Source: a phage. From it: DNA of 64,000 bases. The translations under genes were made by a program, and so were the position numbers. The stretch lies in assembly GCA_023732985.1 (NCBI GenBank), contig GCA_023732985.1_3946.1. One strand, written 5' to 3'. Below, piece by piece: positions 17,731-26,693 of this stretch. The notes under the pieces were generated by a model. That model did no database searches, was not told where the DNA came from, and saw nothing but the letters and a program-made list of their open reading frames with translations. Position 1 is the stretch's first letter. Every line of letters begins with the position of its first letter.

Positions 17731-20097
17731 ATGCGCATGGTAAATGACCACGCAGAAGTGATTAAGAGTTCAACTTCTTTAGAGACGTCTCAAGCACAGA
17801 TTACAATGACACCTGAGATGTTCAGCCTTTTGAGTTCTGGTGTATATACCTTTAAAGAAAGGGCAGTGATTCGTGAACTGTCATGTAACGCAGTAGATGC
17901 TCAGAAAGAAGCTGGAAAAGAGAACATCCCGTTCCATGTGCATTTACCTACTCGTTTTGAGCCTTACTTTGAAGTTCGTGATTTTGGAACTGGATTGACT
18001 CATGATAAAGTTATGAGTTTGTACCTAAACTACGGGGCTTCTACGAAGAATGACTCTAATGACTACATTGGTGCAATGGGTATCGGCTCAAAATCACCAT
18101 TTGCAATTGCTCAGTCATTCACAGTGTCTAGCTATGTTGATGGTGTTGTTAATAAGTACTCTGTTTATCTTGAGAATGGTATCCCTCAAGTAACTAAGCT
18201 GACCACTAACCCAACAAAAGAACCTAATGGTTTAGCTGTACGTGTGGCAGTTGCTGACCACCGTATCTCAAAGTTCTTTGAAGAAGCTGGAAATGTGTAC
18301 TCATACTTCACTGTAAAACCAGAAAGTAATATTGAGTACGACGATGTATTAGCAGACATGAACGTCATTGCCCGTGAAGAAGGTGTTTACGATGCCATGA
18401 TTCATAAGCAAAGCTGGCGTTCTAGTGGTAACAGGACAGAGTTTAATGTGGTGATGGGTAATATTGCCTATCCAGTGAACATGGAAGCATTACTTGGTGA
18501 TGATTTCTTCAAAGTCTTGCCAGAGTTTTTCCGTAGGAGCGTAGACCTTGTAAACATCTACATGCCTATTGGTTCAGTTGCTATAGCAGCTTCTCGTGAA
18601 GCATTGCAGATGAATGATACGACAAAAAATGTTATCATTGAGGCTACCAAAAAGATAACTGAAGCAATTACAAAGGATGTTATCAAGAAAGTTAATAGCC
18701 AACCTACACTCATGGATGCTGCACAGGCTTATGCAGAGCTACGTTTGAACTCACGAGAGATGTTTAATGCTGTGTGTCCAAAGCTAGAGTGGGGAGGCAT
18801 TAAGCTTGATTCTCTGGAAGAAGAATTGTTAAACATTCGTCGTGGAATTATCTACGCAGAAGACGGCTCAGTCATTTATGAACGTGACGGTAAAGGCAAT
18901 ATTAAGGTTGATAGGAACGGGAACAATATCCCTAAAGTAGATTATCTTTATGACCCAGTTGCTTATGTCAAGTTCAACTCTTTAGAGAGTAAGATTCGTG
19001 CAACAGCACTTTCCTACACTCAAGAGGCAAGCATGTTCAATATCTTTGGTGCAATGCGTAAAAGCCAAATTGAACAGTTTTTGTTCGTGATTAATGACCG
19101 TCGCAATAAAAATGGTACTGAGAAGACTGTAGGACGCAATCAAATTTTGCGTGGTGCATGTCGAGACTACGCCAGTGAGTCAAATCTGTTTCACAGATAC
19201 AATGGTATTGTCTTTGTATTCTCGACTGAAAAAGAGTTAGATGATTTAATCAATCTACACAAACTTGATAAAAGCTTGTTAAAGATTGTGAAGATGTCTG
19301 ATAAGGAACATCACTATCAGCGTAAAGAAGCTGTAAGAGGTGTTGTAAAACTCTGGAAAGCTGTTCCAGCAGAAGGTGTAGCTTCCTATAAAGAGGTTTC
19401 AGAGGACTTAGATACGATTGAAGAGCCTCAGCTTTATATTAAGGCAGTAGGCGACACAGTTGATGGCGAATGTTTTTGCTCATCTCCAGAAGATGTAGCT
19501 AAGTCAGTTGCCAATGTCATTGGAAAGAAAGTATATGTTTTCCGAAAAGCAAATTGGAAAAAGATACCAGAAGACTGGATTGAAGTAGATGAGAAGCTCT
19601 TGAACGACAGCTTAACTGATGTTCATTGGATTAACCATAACAGGTATATGACACGCATCTACATGGATGGTGTCCTCGACCTTACAAGCAGTTGGATTAT
19701 TGCCAGAAACTTTACGTTCAATAACAGGAAGATTTCTCGCGGGTATTGTTATTCAAGGGATACTATTAAGACAATCTTCTTAGAAGGGAATGAAGATGCT
19801 GTTGAGGCAATGTTCGGTAAGATTCAGTATGTGGCTGCACCGTTTGCATACACTTACACTATCAGTGTTCTTCAGGATTTGAAGTCATGCCTTGATAATG
19901 ACACAAAACTGTACAAAAAGATTAAAAAAGCAGGTGACCGCATGGTCATTAAGCTGACAAACTATCTTTCAAAAAGAAAACAAGAAAACTTCTTGCTTTC
20001 ACACTTAGATTGGAATAAAGTGTCACCCATCGAAGTGAGTAAGTTCTTAGGCTTTGATGTGAAGTGTGTTCCAGAAGGGACTACAATTTACGATTAA
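17731..20097 (+). CDS. rIIA-like protein with GHKL ATPase domain
   Basis: ELSCNAVDA (N-box), DFGTGL (G1) and GAMGIGSKS (G2) motifs; about 790 aa; followed by an rIIB-sized gene. Confidence 0.6.
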   Translation: MRMVNDHAEVIKSSTSLETSQAQITMTPEMFSLLSSGVYTFKERAVIRELSCNAVDAQKEAGKENIPFHVHLPTRFEPYFEVRDFGTGLTHDKVMSLYLNYGASTKNDSNDYIGAMGIGSKSPFAIAQSFTVSSYVDGVVNKYSVYLENGIPQVTKLTTNPTKEPNGLAVRVAVADHRISKFFEEAGNVYSYFTVKPESNIEYDDVLADMNVIAREEGVYDAMIHKQSWRSSGNRTEFNVVMGNIAYPVNMEALLGDDFFKVLPEFFRRSVDLVNIYMPIGSVAIAASREALQMNDTTKNVIIEATKKITEAITKDVIKKVNSQPTLMDAAQAYAELRLNSREMFNAVCPKLEWGGIKLDSLEEELLNIRRGIIYAEDGSVIYERDGKGNIKVDRNGNNIPKVDYLYDPVAYVKFNSLESKIRATALSYTQEASMFNIFGAMRKSQIEQFLFVINDRRNKNGTEKTVGRNQILRGACRDYASESNLFHRYNGIVFVFSTEKELDDLINLHKLDKSLLKIVKMSDKEHHYQRKEAVRGVVKLWKAVPAEGVASYKEVSEDLDTIEEPQLYIKAVGDTVDGECFCSSPEDVAKSVANVIGKKVYVFRKANWKKIPEDWIEVDEKLLNDSLTDVHWINHNRYMTRIYMDGVLDLTSSWIIARNFTFNNRKISRGYCYSRDTIKTIFLEGNEDAVEAMFGKIQYVAAPFAYTYTISVLQDLKSCLDNDTKLYKKIKKAGDRMVIKLTNYLSKRKQENFLLSHLDWNKVSPIEVSKFLGFDVKCVPEGTTIYD

Positions 20098-20102
20098 AGT
20101 GT

Positions 20103-20132
20103 TTGACAAGGGGCTTCAAAGCCCCTTAGAAT
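20103..20132 (+). promoter_or_regulatory. promoter with a hairpin in the spacer
   Basis: TTGACA, 18 bp spacer AGGGGCTTCAAAGCCCCT, TAGAAT. Confidence 0.45.
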
Positions 20133-20176
20133 AGCCTTACAAAATGATTTATTAACTAACAAGAGAGAGTAATAAG

Positions 20177-21286
20177 ATGACTACTAAAACTAAAGCACAG
20201 ATTGACGCAGAAATTTACAAACTGGTTAAAGAAGGTAAGCTGACTAAAACAGCTATTGCACAGAAATTTAATACTTCAACCCGTTCAGTTGGTCGTGCTG
20301 TAGAGCGTCATGAAGCAACCTTAAAAGGGAATAAGAAGGCGACTTCTACACCAGCTACGAAAACTTTGAAGCAAGTTGCTAAGACCTTTAAGAAGAAAGC
20401 TGGCAAACCAGTTGAAAAGGCTGTTAAAGAGTCTGTACAGAAAGTTCCGGTAAATAAACTGCACGAAGCTATGCAGAAAGATGACAAGATTGAGTACATG
20501 ATTACTGGTGATTCTGTAATTATGACTTATGGTTCAGAATCTGAAATTGTTGAGTCTACTCATCCGAACTATCAAGAGATTGTAGTTCATGTTGTGAAAG
20601 GTGAGTTCAAGAAAGCATTTGAACTGATGAACATTCGTAAGTCTATCGAAAACTTCACTCAGGGTGCTATCACAATCAAAGGCGACAAGCTATTCTACGG
20701 TGCTGTTGAGATGCGTTCTACTCTGGTTGACCGTATTCTTCACATGATGAAAACTGGCGATAAAGGTTTTGAACGACTTGTAATGTTCTTCGAAAAACTG
20801 ATGGAAAACCCATCTAAAGATTCTGTAGAACAACTTTGGGGATTTGTATCTCACCTTGATGTTGAAATTGATGAAGAAGGCTACATCATTGGTTGGAAGA
20901 AAGTCTCTACTCGTGAAGGCAAGCTGGTTGACTCTCACACCTACAAAGTGCCTAATGATTTGGGTAACATTGTAGAAATGCCACGTTGGATGGTTGATAA
21001 TAACCGTAACGTAACTTGCTCTCAAGGTCTTCATGTTGGTGCTTGGGATTATGTTCGTTGCTTCTCAGGTGATACAATCCTGAAGGTTCGCGTACATCCA
21101 CGAGATGTTGTATCTGTTCCAACTGATTACAATGATATGAAGATGCGTTCCTCTCGTTATGAAGTTGCAGCAATCGTTGATAATCAACGTAAAGTGCTGG
21201 AAGCATGGGACGGTAAGACTGAAGCTTTGCATGTCATCGTTGGCACTGCTGGTGAACTCATCTCTCAACGTAAACGTGAAATCTAA
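20177..21286 (+). CDS. rIIB-like protein (tentative)
   Basis: called only from position downstream of the rIIA-like gene and its size. Confidence 0.4.
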   Translation: MTTKTKAQIDAEIYKLVKEGKLTKTAIAQKFNTSTRSVGRAVERHEATLKGNKKATSTPATKTLKQVAKTFKKKAGKPVEKAVKESVQKVPVNKLHEAMQKDDKIEYMITGDSVIMTYGSESEIVESTHPNYQEIVVHVVKGEFKKAFELMNIRKSIENFTQGAITIKGDKLFYGAVEMRSTLVDRILHMMKTGDKGFERLVMFFEKLMENPSKDSVEQLWGFVSHLDVEIDEEGYIIGWKKVSTREGKLVDSHTYKVPNDLGNIVEMPRWMVDNNRNVTCSQGLHVGAWDYVRCFSGDTILKVRVHPRDVVSVPTDYNDMKMRSSRYEVAAIVDNQRKVLEAWDGKTEALHVIVGTAGELISQRKREI

Positions 21287-21301
21287 TAAGTAATTTCTTA
21301 A

Positions 21302-21327
21302 AAGGCTGCTTCGGCGGCCTTTTTTAT
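21302..21327 (+). terminator. intrinsic terminator
   Basis: AGGCTGC-TTCG-GCGGCCT then TTTTTT. Confidence 0.6.
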
Positions 21328-21346
21328 TTGTATTTTGTGCAGAGTG
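21324..21346 (+). promoter_or_regulatory. TTGTGCAG ... CTGTATAAT promoter-like element
   Basis: same word pair as at 25828-25845; TG directly before TATAAT. Confidence 0.35.
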
Positions 21347-21386
21347 CTGTATAATTGATGTCACGATAAACTAAACAGGAGAACCA

Positions 21387-21935
21387 ATGAAGAAATTGAT
21401 TCTAGGTTTGTGCTTAATGTTTACAGCACACTTATCTTATGCAGTTGACTGCCCAGAGCTATCAATTAGCCAAAAAGTAAACATGTTAAAAGCTTACCAG
21501 TATGGTGAGAATAACATGGGTAAAGGTTGGGGTATCACTCTAGCAGCTATAGCCTTACAAGAGTCAGAGTTAGGTCTGAAGGTAGAAAATAAAAAGACCC
21601 ATGACTACGGTATCTTCCAGAATCACTTGAAGACTGTTGTAAAGCGTAACAAAATTAGTCCTAATGTTGCTAAAAAGAAACTCTTAAAAGATTTTGACTA
21701 TGCCGCAAAAGAAACACATAAAGAGCTTGAGTTTTGGACGAAGGTGCATGGTCACCCAAAGTCGAAGAAGACTTTACAAAAAGTTTTAGCATCATATAAT
21801 GCTGGGTATTCGTACAGAATCCCTAAAGCTAAGAAATATTCTCAAGATGTCTATAACAACATGAAAGTTATTGCTCAATGTGAATTTGCAACAAACATTT
21901 CTAAGGTAAACCATGAAAAAATTAAAAAAGTCTGA
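21387..21935 (+). CDS. secreted lytic transglycosylase (SLT domain)
   Basis: signal peptide MKKLILGLCLMFTAHLSYA; ALQESELG, GIFQ and YNAG motifs. Confidence 0.6.
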   Translation: MKKLILGLCLMFTAHLSYAVDCPELSISQKVNMLKAYQYGENNMGKGWGITLAAIALQESELGLKVENKKTHDYGIFQNHLKTVVKRNKISPNVAKKKLLKDFDYAAKETHKELEFWTKVHGHPKSKKTLQKVLASYNAGYSYRIPKAKKYSQDVYNNMKVIAQCEFATNISKVNHEKIKKV

Positions 21936-22608
21936 TGAAGTCCTGTGCCACGCTTATGACTTACATCCTCATGAGTTAGGTCTTGATTCCTGTGTATGGA
22001 CTCCAGAACAGTGTAGGGATTTTGAAGACACTGCAAGAGAAGTTGTATGTTCACTGGAAGAGTTCCACACATCAGAACCAATTGTGAACGTTGTGGACAA
22101 AGAGACTGGACAAACTATAGGTGTAAGGCGCGATAGTTTAGTCATAGTCAATAAAGACCTTGTAGAAAAAGGTAACCTCATCTTAGCAGATATTGATGGT
22201 GTTCTTACAAATTTTAATCACGAAGATTGCTCAACGGAATTGACTGATGGGTCATTCTCACAGTACACTAATCTTCTTGATTCTGTAAGAGCAAAGCCAA
22301 CATATGTTTTCAACATTATTGATGCAATTGCAAATCATGCAGCAGTTGGACTCTTGACAGCAAGAGGTGAATCTCAGAGAATACCTACTGAGATGTTTTT
22401 AAGGCACAATATAGAGCATGATTACTTGCTTTTTATGCGTGGTTTTGGAACTAACTCTATAAGTGCAGAAAGTTTGAAAGTAAGGATGATTCAGTCTTGC
22501 ATTCTTCCTTATTTTAATATAGTATGCTTTATAGAAGATACAGAGAAGAATGTTCAGAAGGTAAACAGAATCCTTCCACACATTAAAACCATGTTAGTTA
22601 AACATTGA
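21913..22608 (+). CDS. putative HAD-superfamily phosphatase (5'-nucleotidase-like)
   Basis: ADIDGVL resembles HAD motif I (DxDGxL); it lies about 90 aa into the ORF, so the real start may be downstream. Confidence 0.4.
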   Translation: MKKLKKSDEVLCHAYDLHPHELGLDSCVWTPEQCRDFEDTAREVVCSLEEFHTSEPIVNVVDKETGQTIGVRRDSLVIVNKDLVEKGNLILADIDGVLTNFNHEDCSTELTDGSFSQYTNLLDSVRAKPTYVFNIIDAIANHAAVGLLTARGESQRIPTEMFLRHNIEHDYLLFMRGFGTNSISAESLKVRMIQSCILPYFNIVCFIEDTEKNVQKVNRILPHIKTMLVKH

Positions 22609-22619
22609 GAGAAAAACTT

Positions 22620-23084
22620 ATGAACAATATCATTACGGTAGCACTGGACGATACGGCAAACAAATCTGAAGTAGTTCGTAAAATGATTCAAGGTAACTTT
22701 GAAGGTAAAATTTTCCGTGCTGTTAATGTAAAAGCTGATGGCAGTATTCGTGAATATCGTGCATTGTTGAATGTTAAGAAGCACGTAAAAGGTGCTGGTT
22801 CAACGACTGCACACAAAGAAAACCTGATGACTATCTATGATATGGGTAAGGCTTCAGAGTTAGGTGCTGAAGGTATCGTTAAAGAAGGTGCTCCATATCG
22901 CTCTTTCAATCTGGAAACTACCCTTATGCTTTCCTTTACGAGTGGTTCTAAAACAATCACTTATCTCTTTACTGATGCTGCAACGGTATCTGCTATTAAG
23001 GATAGCACTGTCAAAGCTGGCGTAGTTGCTGCTGCAAAAGCTTCTTCGATGGCTGCAAATATCCTTGCTAAAGTCCTCGGTTAA
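22620..23084 (+). CDS. hypothetical protein
   Basis: ATG at 22620 after GAGAGA; followed by terminator. Confidence 0.5.
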   Translation: MNNIITVALDDTANKSEVVRKMIQGNFEGKIFRAVNVKADGSIREYRALLNVKKHVKGAGSTTAHKENLMTIYDMGKASELGAEGIVKEGAPYRSFNLETTLMLSFTSGSKTITYLFTDAATVSAIKDSTVKAGVVAAAKASSMAANILAKVLG

Positions 23085-23095
23085 GGTTAAGATAC

Positions 23096-23120
23096 AGGCT
23101 CCTTCGGGAGCCTTTTTCAT
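23096..23120 (+). terminator. intrinsic terminator
   Basis: AGGCTCC-TTCG-GGAGCCT then TTTTT. Confidence 0.65.
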
Positions 23121-23136
23121 TTCAGGAGATTGTTAA

Positions 23137-23484
23137 ATGACATTTAAAGAGTTCTGTCAAGCTACTTTCATAATTGTTTTCTTAGTTGGGGCAGGTGTCT
23201 GGGGAGGATACTCTTACAGAGACTACCAAGTTGCTGAAACTGAGCTAAACAACCAGAAGCTAATAAGTGTTGCTAAAGATGCTTATCAGGAAGGATTAGC
23301 TACACTGAGCACCAATTACAAAAATGATTTGAAAGACGTGCTTGCTAAGAATAAGCACACAAAAGAGGTACTGACATATGAAAAGACTAAGCCAGAGTTT
23401 TATAATGTTTGTGTTACTGATAACTATGTCAGGGTGTTCAACGAACAAAGTGAGCAATACATTCAAAAACTCCCAAGTAAGTGA
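23137..23484 (+). CDS. putative inner-membrane spanin (Rz-like)
   Basis: N-terminal TM segment FIIVFLVGAGVWGG then charged helical region; an overlapping lipoprotein ORF is embedded in its 3' end. Confidence 0.5.
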   Translation: MTFKEFCQATFIIVFLVGAGVWGGYSYRDYQVAETELNNQKLISVAKDAYQEGLATLSTNYKNDLKDVLAKNKHTKEVLTYEKTKPEFYNVCVTDNYVRVFNEQSEQYIQKLPSK

Positions 23485-23644
23485 AAGTGATAAGTACACT
23501 CAGGAAGATGTAAGATATGCTGTCAAAGGTAACACTGGTGCAGACTTATCAGAAGCCCTTGAGTTTTATCGTGACGGGTACTATCAGTGTACTATGAAAG
23601 CTAACAACTTGATTGATATGATTTTATTAGGGAATAAGCAGTAA
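23378..23644 (+). CDS. putative outer-membrane spanin lipoprotein (Rz1-like)
   Basis: starts inside the i-spanin gene in another frame; signal peptide with lipobox-like MSGC. Confidence 0.45.
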   Translation: MKRLSQSFIMFVLLITMSGCSTNKVSNTFKNSQVSESDKYTQEDVRYAVKGNTGADLSEALEFYRDGYYQCTMKANNLIDMILLGNKQ

Positions 23645-23916
23645 TGACACAAAGTAATGATGAAACTTTCTACACAGAAGGTTACTTACTTCTACCGAGA
23701 CCGAAAGATACTTACATGAGGATTGATTTCTTACCTACGATTATGGATAATGTAATGTGTCACATCTTTATGCAAGGTATCACAGCACAGCTTAAGCATG
23801 TTGGTAAAGAGTGCAAAATAAAGGTTGACACTCATCCAGAAATCAAAGAGAATCACTACACATGGTTCCTACCAGACTCTAAAGAAATCTTAGCAGTTCT
23901 TAAAACGAGGAAATGA
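23644..23916 (+). CDS. hypothetical protein
   Basis: ORF in operon context. Confidence 0.45.
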   Translation: MTQSNDETFYTEGYLLLPRPKDTYMRIDFLPTIMDNVMCHIFMQGITAQLKHVGKECKIKVDTHPEIKENHYTWFLPDSKEILAVLKTRK

Positions 23917-24227
23917 TTATGCAATTCCAGCCAACAAATCGTGGATTTTCTTATGCAGAATTTAAAGATGCTAAAGGGGAAATTTGTACTTTACAAGAGA
24001 GTTCATCATACGAACCATGTATCTGGTTAGGTGCTAAAGAGGTCTCTGTTCAGTACCTAGATAATGGCTGGAAAACACTTGATATCCCAGCATTAGTTGG
24101 TAAAGATTTTGTAGGTAATCAAAGGATGAAGCTCAATCAAGAACAGGTAAAAGAGTTGTTGCCGTACCTTCAATACTTTGCTGAAAATGGTGAATTACCA
24201 ACAGAGGAACTTACAAATGCAGATTAA
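23913..24227 (+). CDS. hypothetical protein
   Basis: ORF overlapping upstream stop. Confidence 0.5.
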   Translation: MIMQFQPTNRGFSYAEFKDAKGEICTLQESSSYEPCIWLGAKEVSVQYLDNGWKTLDIPALVGKDFVGNQRMKLNQEQVKELLPYLQYFAENGELPTEELTNAD

Positions 24228-24540
24228 TGGAAGAGACTTTGTAGCCGTTTACTACGAGAAAGGTAAAGAAGTTGGCGTAGCGCAAGTATCTTATGGCAAT
24301 GGTGGGTGGCTATATGGAACAATCGCAGTAGTTGGAACGAGAAGTGATACAAAAACTTTTAAAGATTGTGTTGACCTTCTTGAAGAATCCATTCAGAATC
24401 ATTGGTGTCTGATATGGATGACTGACAACGAAGTGATAGAACGCTTCAAAAAGATTGATATCAACATTGATAGTATTGAGCATGTTGATTTATATGAGCT
24501 AACTGAGAAGGTAAATTATGAAGGCTCTAGAGGTAATTGA
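24217..24540 (+). CDS. hypothetical protein
   Basis: ATG at 24217 after GAGGAA; the track's earlier start overlaps the upstream gene by 50 nt. Confidence 0.45.
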   Translation: MQINGRDFVAVYYEKGKEVGVAQVSYGNGGWLYGTIAVVGTRSDTKTFKDCVDLLEESIQNHWCLIWMTDNEVIERFKKIDINIDSIEHVDLYELTEKVNYEGSRGN

Positions 24541-24745
24541 TAAAGACACTGGAGAAGTTACATCAGCATGTGTTTTCGTTAGTAACGACACAGTGATACC
24601 GTTTTACAATCTCGATAGTTTTAGTTTTACAGGGATAACTCCAGAAGAATACTTTGAAGACCTTACCTTTGCCAGAATTTCTATAGATACATTCTATAAA
24701 TGCTTCTGTGATGAAGGTAAAGAATTACGAGAAACTGAACTATAA
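24518..24745 (+). CDS. hypothetical protein
   Basis: ORF in operon context. Confidence 0.45.
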   Translation: MKALEVIDKDTGEVTSACVFVSNDTVIPFYNLDSFSFTGITPEEYFEDLTFARISIDTFYKCFCDEGKELRETEL

Positions 24746-24757
24746 GGTGTATATTGT

Positions 24758-24958
24758 ATGGCTGACTTCTGCAAAGACTGTTCTATAGAAATGTTTGGAC
24801 GTGATACAGGTGACTTAAAAGGTCTTATCACTGAAGATGACTTTAAAGCTGGCTATGCAATGCCAGTAATCTGTGAAGGTTGTGGATGTATCTGGGTAGA
24901 CCACGAAGGACAACGTGTAAAACCTTCAGAAGACAAAGAATCTTGGGAGAGATGTTAA
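24758..24958 (+). CDS. hypothetical protein (Cys-containing)
   Basis: ORF with CKDC...CEGCGC cysteines. Confidence 0.45.
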   Translation: MADFCKDCSIEMFGRDTGDLKGLITEDDFKAGYAMPVICEGCGCIWVDHEGQRVKPSEDKESWERC

Positions 24959-25738
24959 ATGGGTATTGTAAAAGTTGTGAAAGGTAACTTACTAGCTGCC
25001 TTCAAAAACACAGACATTGAGTTAATTGCTCATGGTTGCAACTGCCGTAACCTCATGGGTGCTGGAATCGCTCAAAAAATTGCTAAGATTTTCCCAAAAG
25101 CTGAAGAAGCTGACCGGAAATTCCATAAAAAGTTTGGCTACAGCGCTCATGATATCGGATACCAGATGGTTGGTGAGGTGTCACATGCTCGAACGGAGTA
25201 TGGTTACATTTTTAACCTATATACACAGTTGGATGTTGGGAAGTGTGCATCATACCGATACTTAGTGGAGTCACTAGAAAAACTCCGTAAATTTTGCTGG
25301 ATGCACAACATTCGTAAGATTGGTTTACCCATGATTGGTGCAGGTATCGGTGGCTTAGACGCACAAGCTGTGAAAAGCCTCATTAATAGCGTTATGTACA
25401 ACGTTGATGTGTACCTATACGTCTATGATGAAGCAATGGCAACTGTAGTTACCCCTAAGTATGCCACCTCAGCACCACAATTCTATGATGGTGTCGTGCT
25501 AAGTGACGGTAAATCTAACCATGTTACCCTCTATCAGCTTGTTGATGGTAAGGTCGAGGCTAGTTACCCTCTGGTTAGTGAGATGGGTATGTGTAATAGT
25601 GAAATGTTCTCAATTGACCCATTTGGTAGATACGAAGGGGTGTTCTTTGATAACTACCCAGCAGCATACATCTACACAACAAATCAGGATGAAGTTCACT
25701 ACTTGCTGTATTCTAAAAAGTTCAAATTCATAAACTGA
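24959..25738 (+). CDS. macro-domain-like protein (possible ADP-ribose binding/processing)
   Basis: IAHGCNCRNLMGAGIAQKI and GLPMIGAGIGG resemble the two Gly-rich macro-domain motifs; weak. Confidence 0.45.
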   Translation: MGIVKVVKGNLLAAFKNTDIELIAHGCNCRNLMGAGIAQKIAKIFPKAEEADRKFHKKFGYSAHDIGYQMVGEVSHARTEYGYIFNLYTQLDVGKCASYRYLVESLEKLRKFCWMHNIRKIGLPMIGAGIGGLDAQAVKSLINSVMYNVDVYLYVYDEAMATVVTPKYATSAPQFYDGVVLSDGKSNHVTLYQLVDGKVEASYPLVSEMGMCNSEMFSIDPFGRYEGVFFDNYPAAYIYTTNQDEVHYLLYSKKFKFIN

Positions 25739-25814
25739 TTAGTGCTTCACAGCACCTATAATTAATCTAAAAAGGCCGCCTAACCCATTGAAAAATTTAA
25801 GGTAAGGTGGTCTT

Positions 25815-25856
25815 TTTCATTTTCAATTTGTGCAGGTAGCTGTATAGGTCTGCACA
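25815..25856 (+). promoter_or_regulatory. palindromic element TGTGCAG-N14-CTGCACA with CTGTATAG box
   Basis: inverted repeat read directly; the GTGCAG word recurs at 25905 and 25951 and upstream of 21387. Confidence 0.35.
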
Positions 25857-25982
25857 GGTGTCTCAAAAAATCTCATCGCCGGATAGAAAAATCATTTTCA
25901 AAACGTGCAGACCCCGCTCAGGTCGGGCAAGAAAAATCATTTTAGAATCGTGCAGGTAGGTTTTTATAGAGAGTCAGACCAA

Positions 25983-26014
25983 CCCCTCTCCCCCTCTTAC
26001 TCCCCCTCTCCCCA
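25983..26014 (+). repeat. polypyrimidine CT-rich tract
   Basis: CCCCTCTCCCCCTCTTACTCCCCCTCTCCCC, a low-complexity run in an AT-rich genome. Confidence 0.6.
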
Positions 26015-26134
26015 AAAGTCAAGAGAAAAATTTGTAGTGGATTGAAAAATAATTCTTGATTTGTGTTTTGTTTTGTGGTAGTCGTGCGCGCCCGTTCATT
26101 TCCCAACCTTACAAAAAATATTTAATAAAAACCG

Positions 26135-26163
26135 TTGACACGCCAAACAAGTTTACGTACTAT
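26135..26163 (+). promoter_or_regulatory. sigma70-like promoter for the small-ORF array
   Basis: TTGACA, 17 bp spacer, TACTAT. Confidence 0.5.
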
Positions 26164-26212
26164 TTGCATCAGACGGGCAAGCTAGCCACTTCCTAAACTG
26201 GAGAATCTAAAA

Positions 26213-26404
26213 ATGGCATCAAGAAAAATCAAAGTCGGTGATGAGGTTAACGTTAAGTATGAGCACTCTCATAAAATGTTAACTATTCGCTCTTACAAGG
26301 TTTATCAGGTGGAAGCTATCCACGAAGACGGTACATTTTCCCTAAAAGGACATAGCGAACGTTTCCCTGCTGAATTGTTCGAAAAATGGAGTACTAAAAA
26401 ATGA
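26213..26404 (+). CDS. small hypothetical protein (array ORF 1)
   Basis: preceded by conserved CCTAAACTGGAGAATCTAAAAATG initiation region. Confidence 0.5.
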   Translation: MASRKIKVGDEVNVKYEHSHKMLTIRSYKVYQVEAIHEDGTFSLKGHSERFPAELFEKWSTKK

Positions 26405-26607
26405 TTTACAGCCGTGAATTGATGGTTACAACTAACGTTAACACAAAGGTAAAACGTTTTTACATGCAAATCTGTGGCGTATGGTCCAGAATATCAGAAG
26501 CCGACTATTGCAACTATGTAGAAACGGCAATCAACTCGAATTGCTACCTTACAAGAAACACTAAGAATTTTACAAGGCAGACAGCGATTTACTACTACGA
26601 TAAATAA
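26401..26607 (+). CDS. small hypothetical protein (array ORF 2)
   Basis: ATGA-coupled to the upstream ORF. Confidence 0.45.
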   Translation: MIYSRELMVTTNVNTKVKRFYMQICGVWSRISEADYCNYVETAINSNCYLTRNTKNFTRQTAIYYYDK

Positions 26608-26612
26608 AGTAC

Positions 26613-26693
26613 TTTACAAGGGGCTTATAGTTCGATAGAGTAAGCCCCAGATAAAGAGCTTTACTAACTAACCTTAAACTAGGAGATTCTAAA
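26613..26693 (+). promoter_or_regulatory. leader module type A (hairpin GGGGCTTA...TAAGCCCC plus conserved initiation region)
   Basis: TTTACA overlapping hairpin 26620-26648; about 80 bp near-identical copies upstream of six ORFs. Confidence 0.55.
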
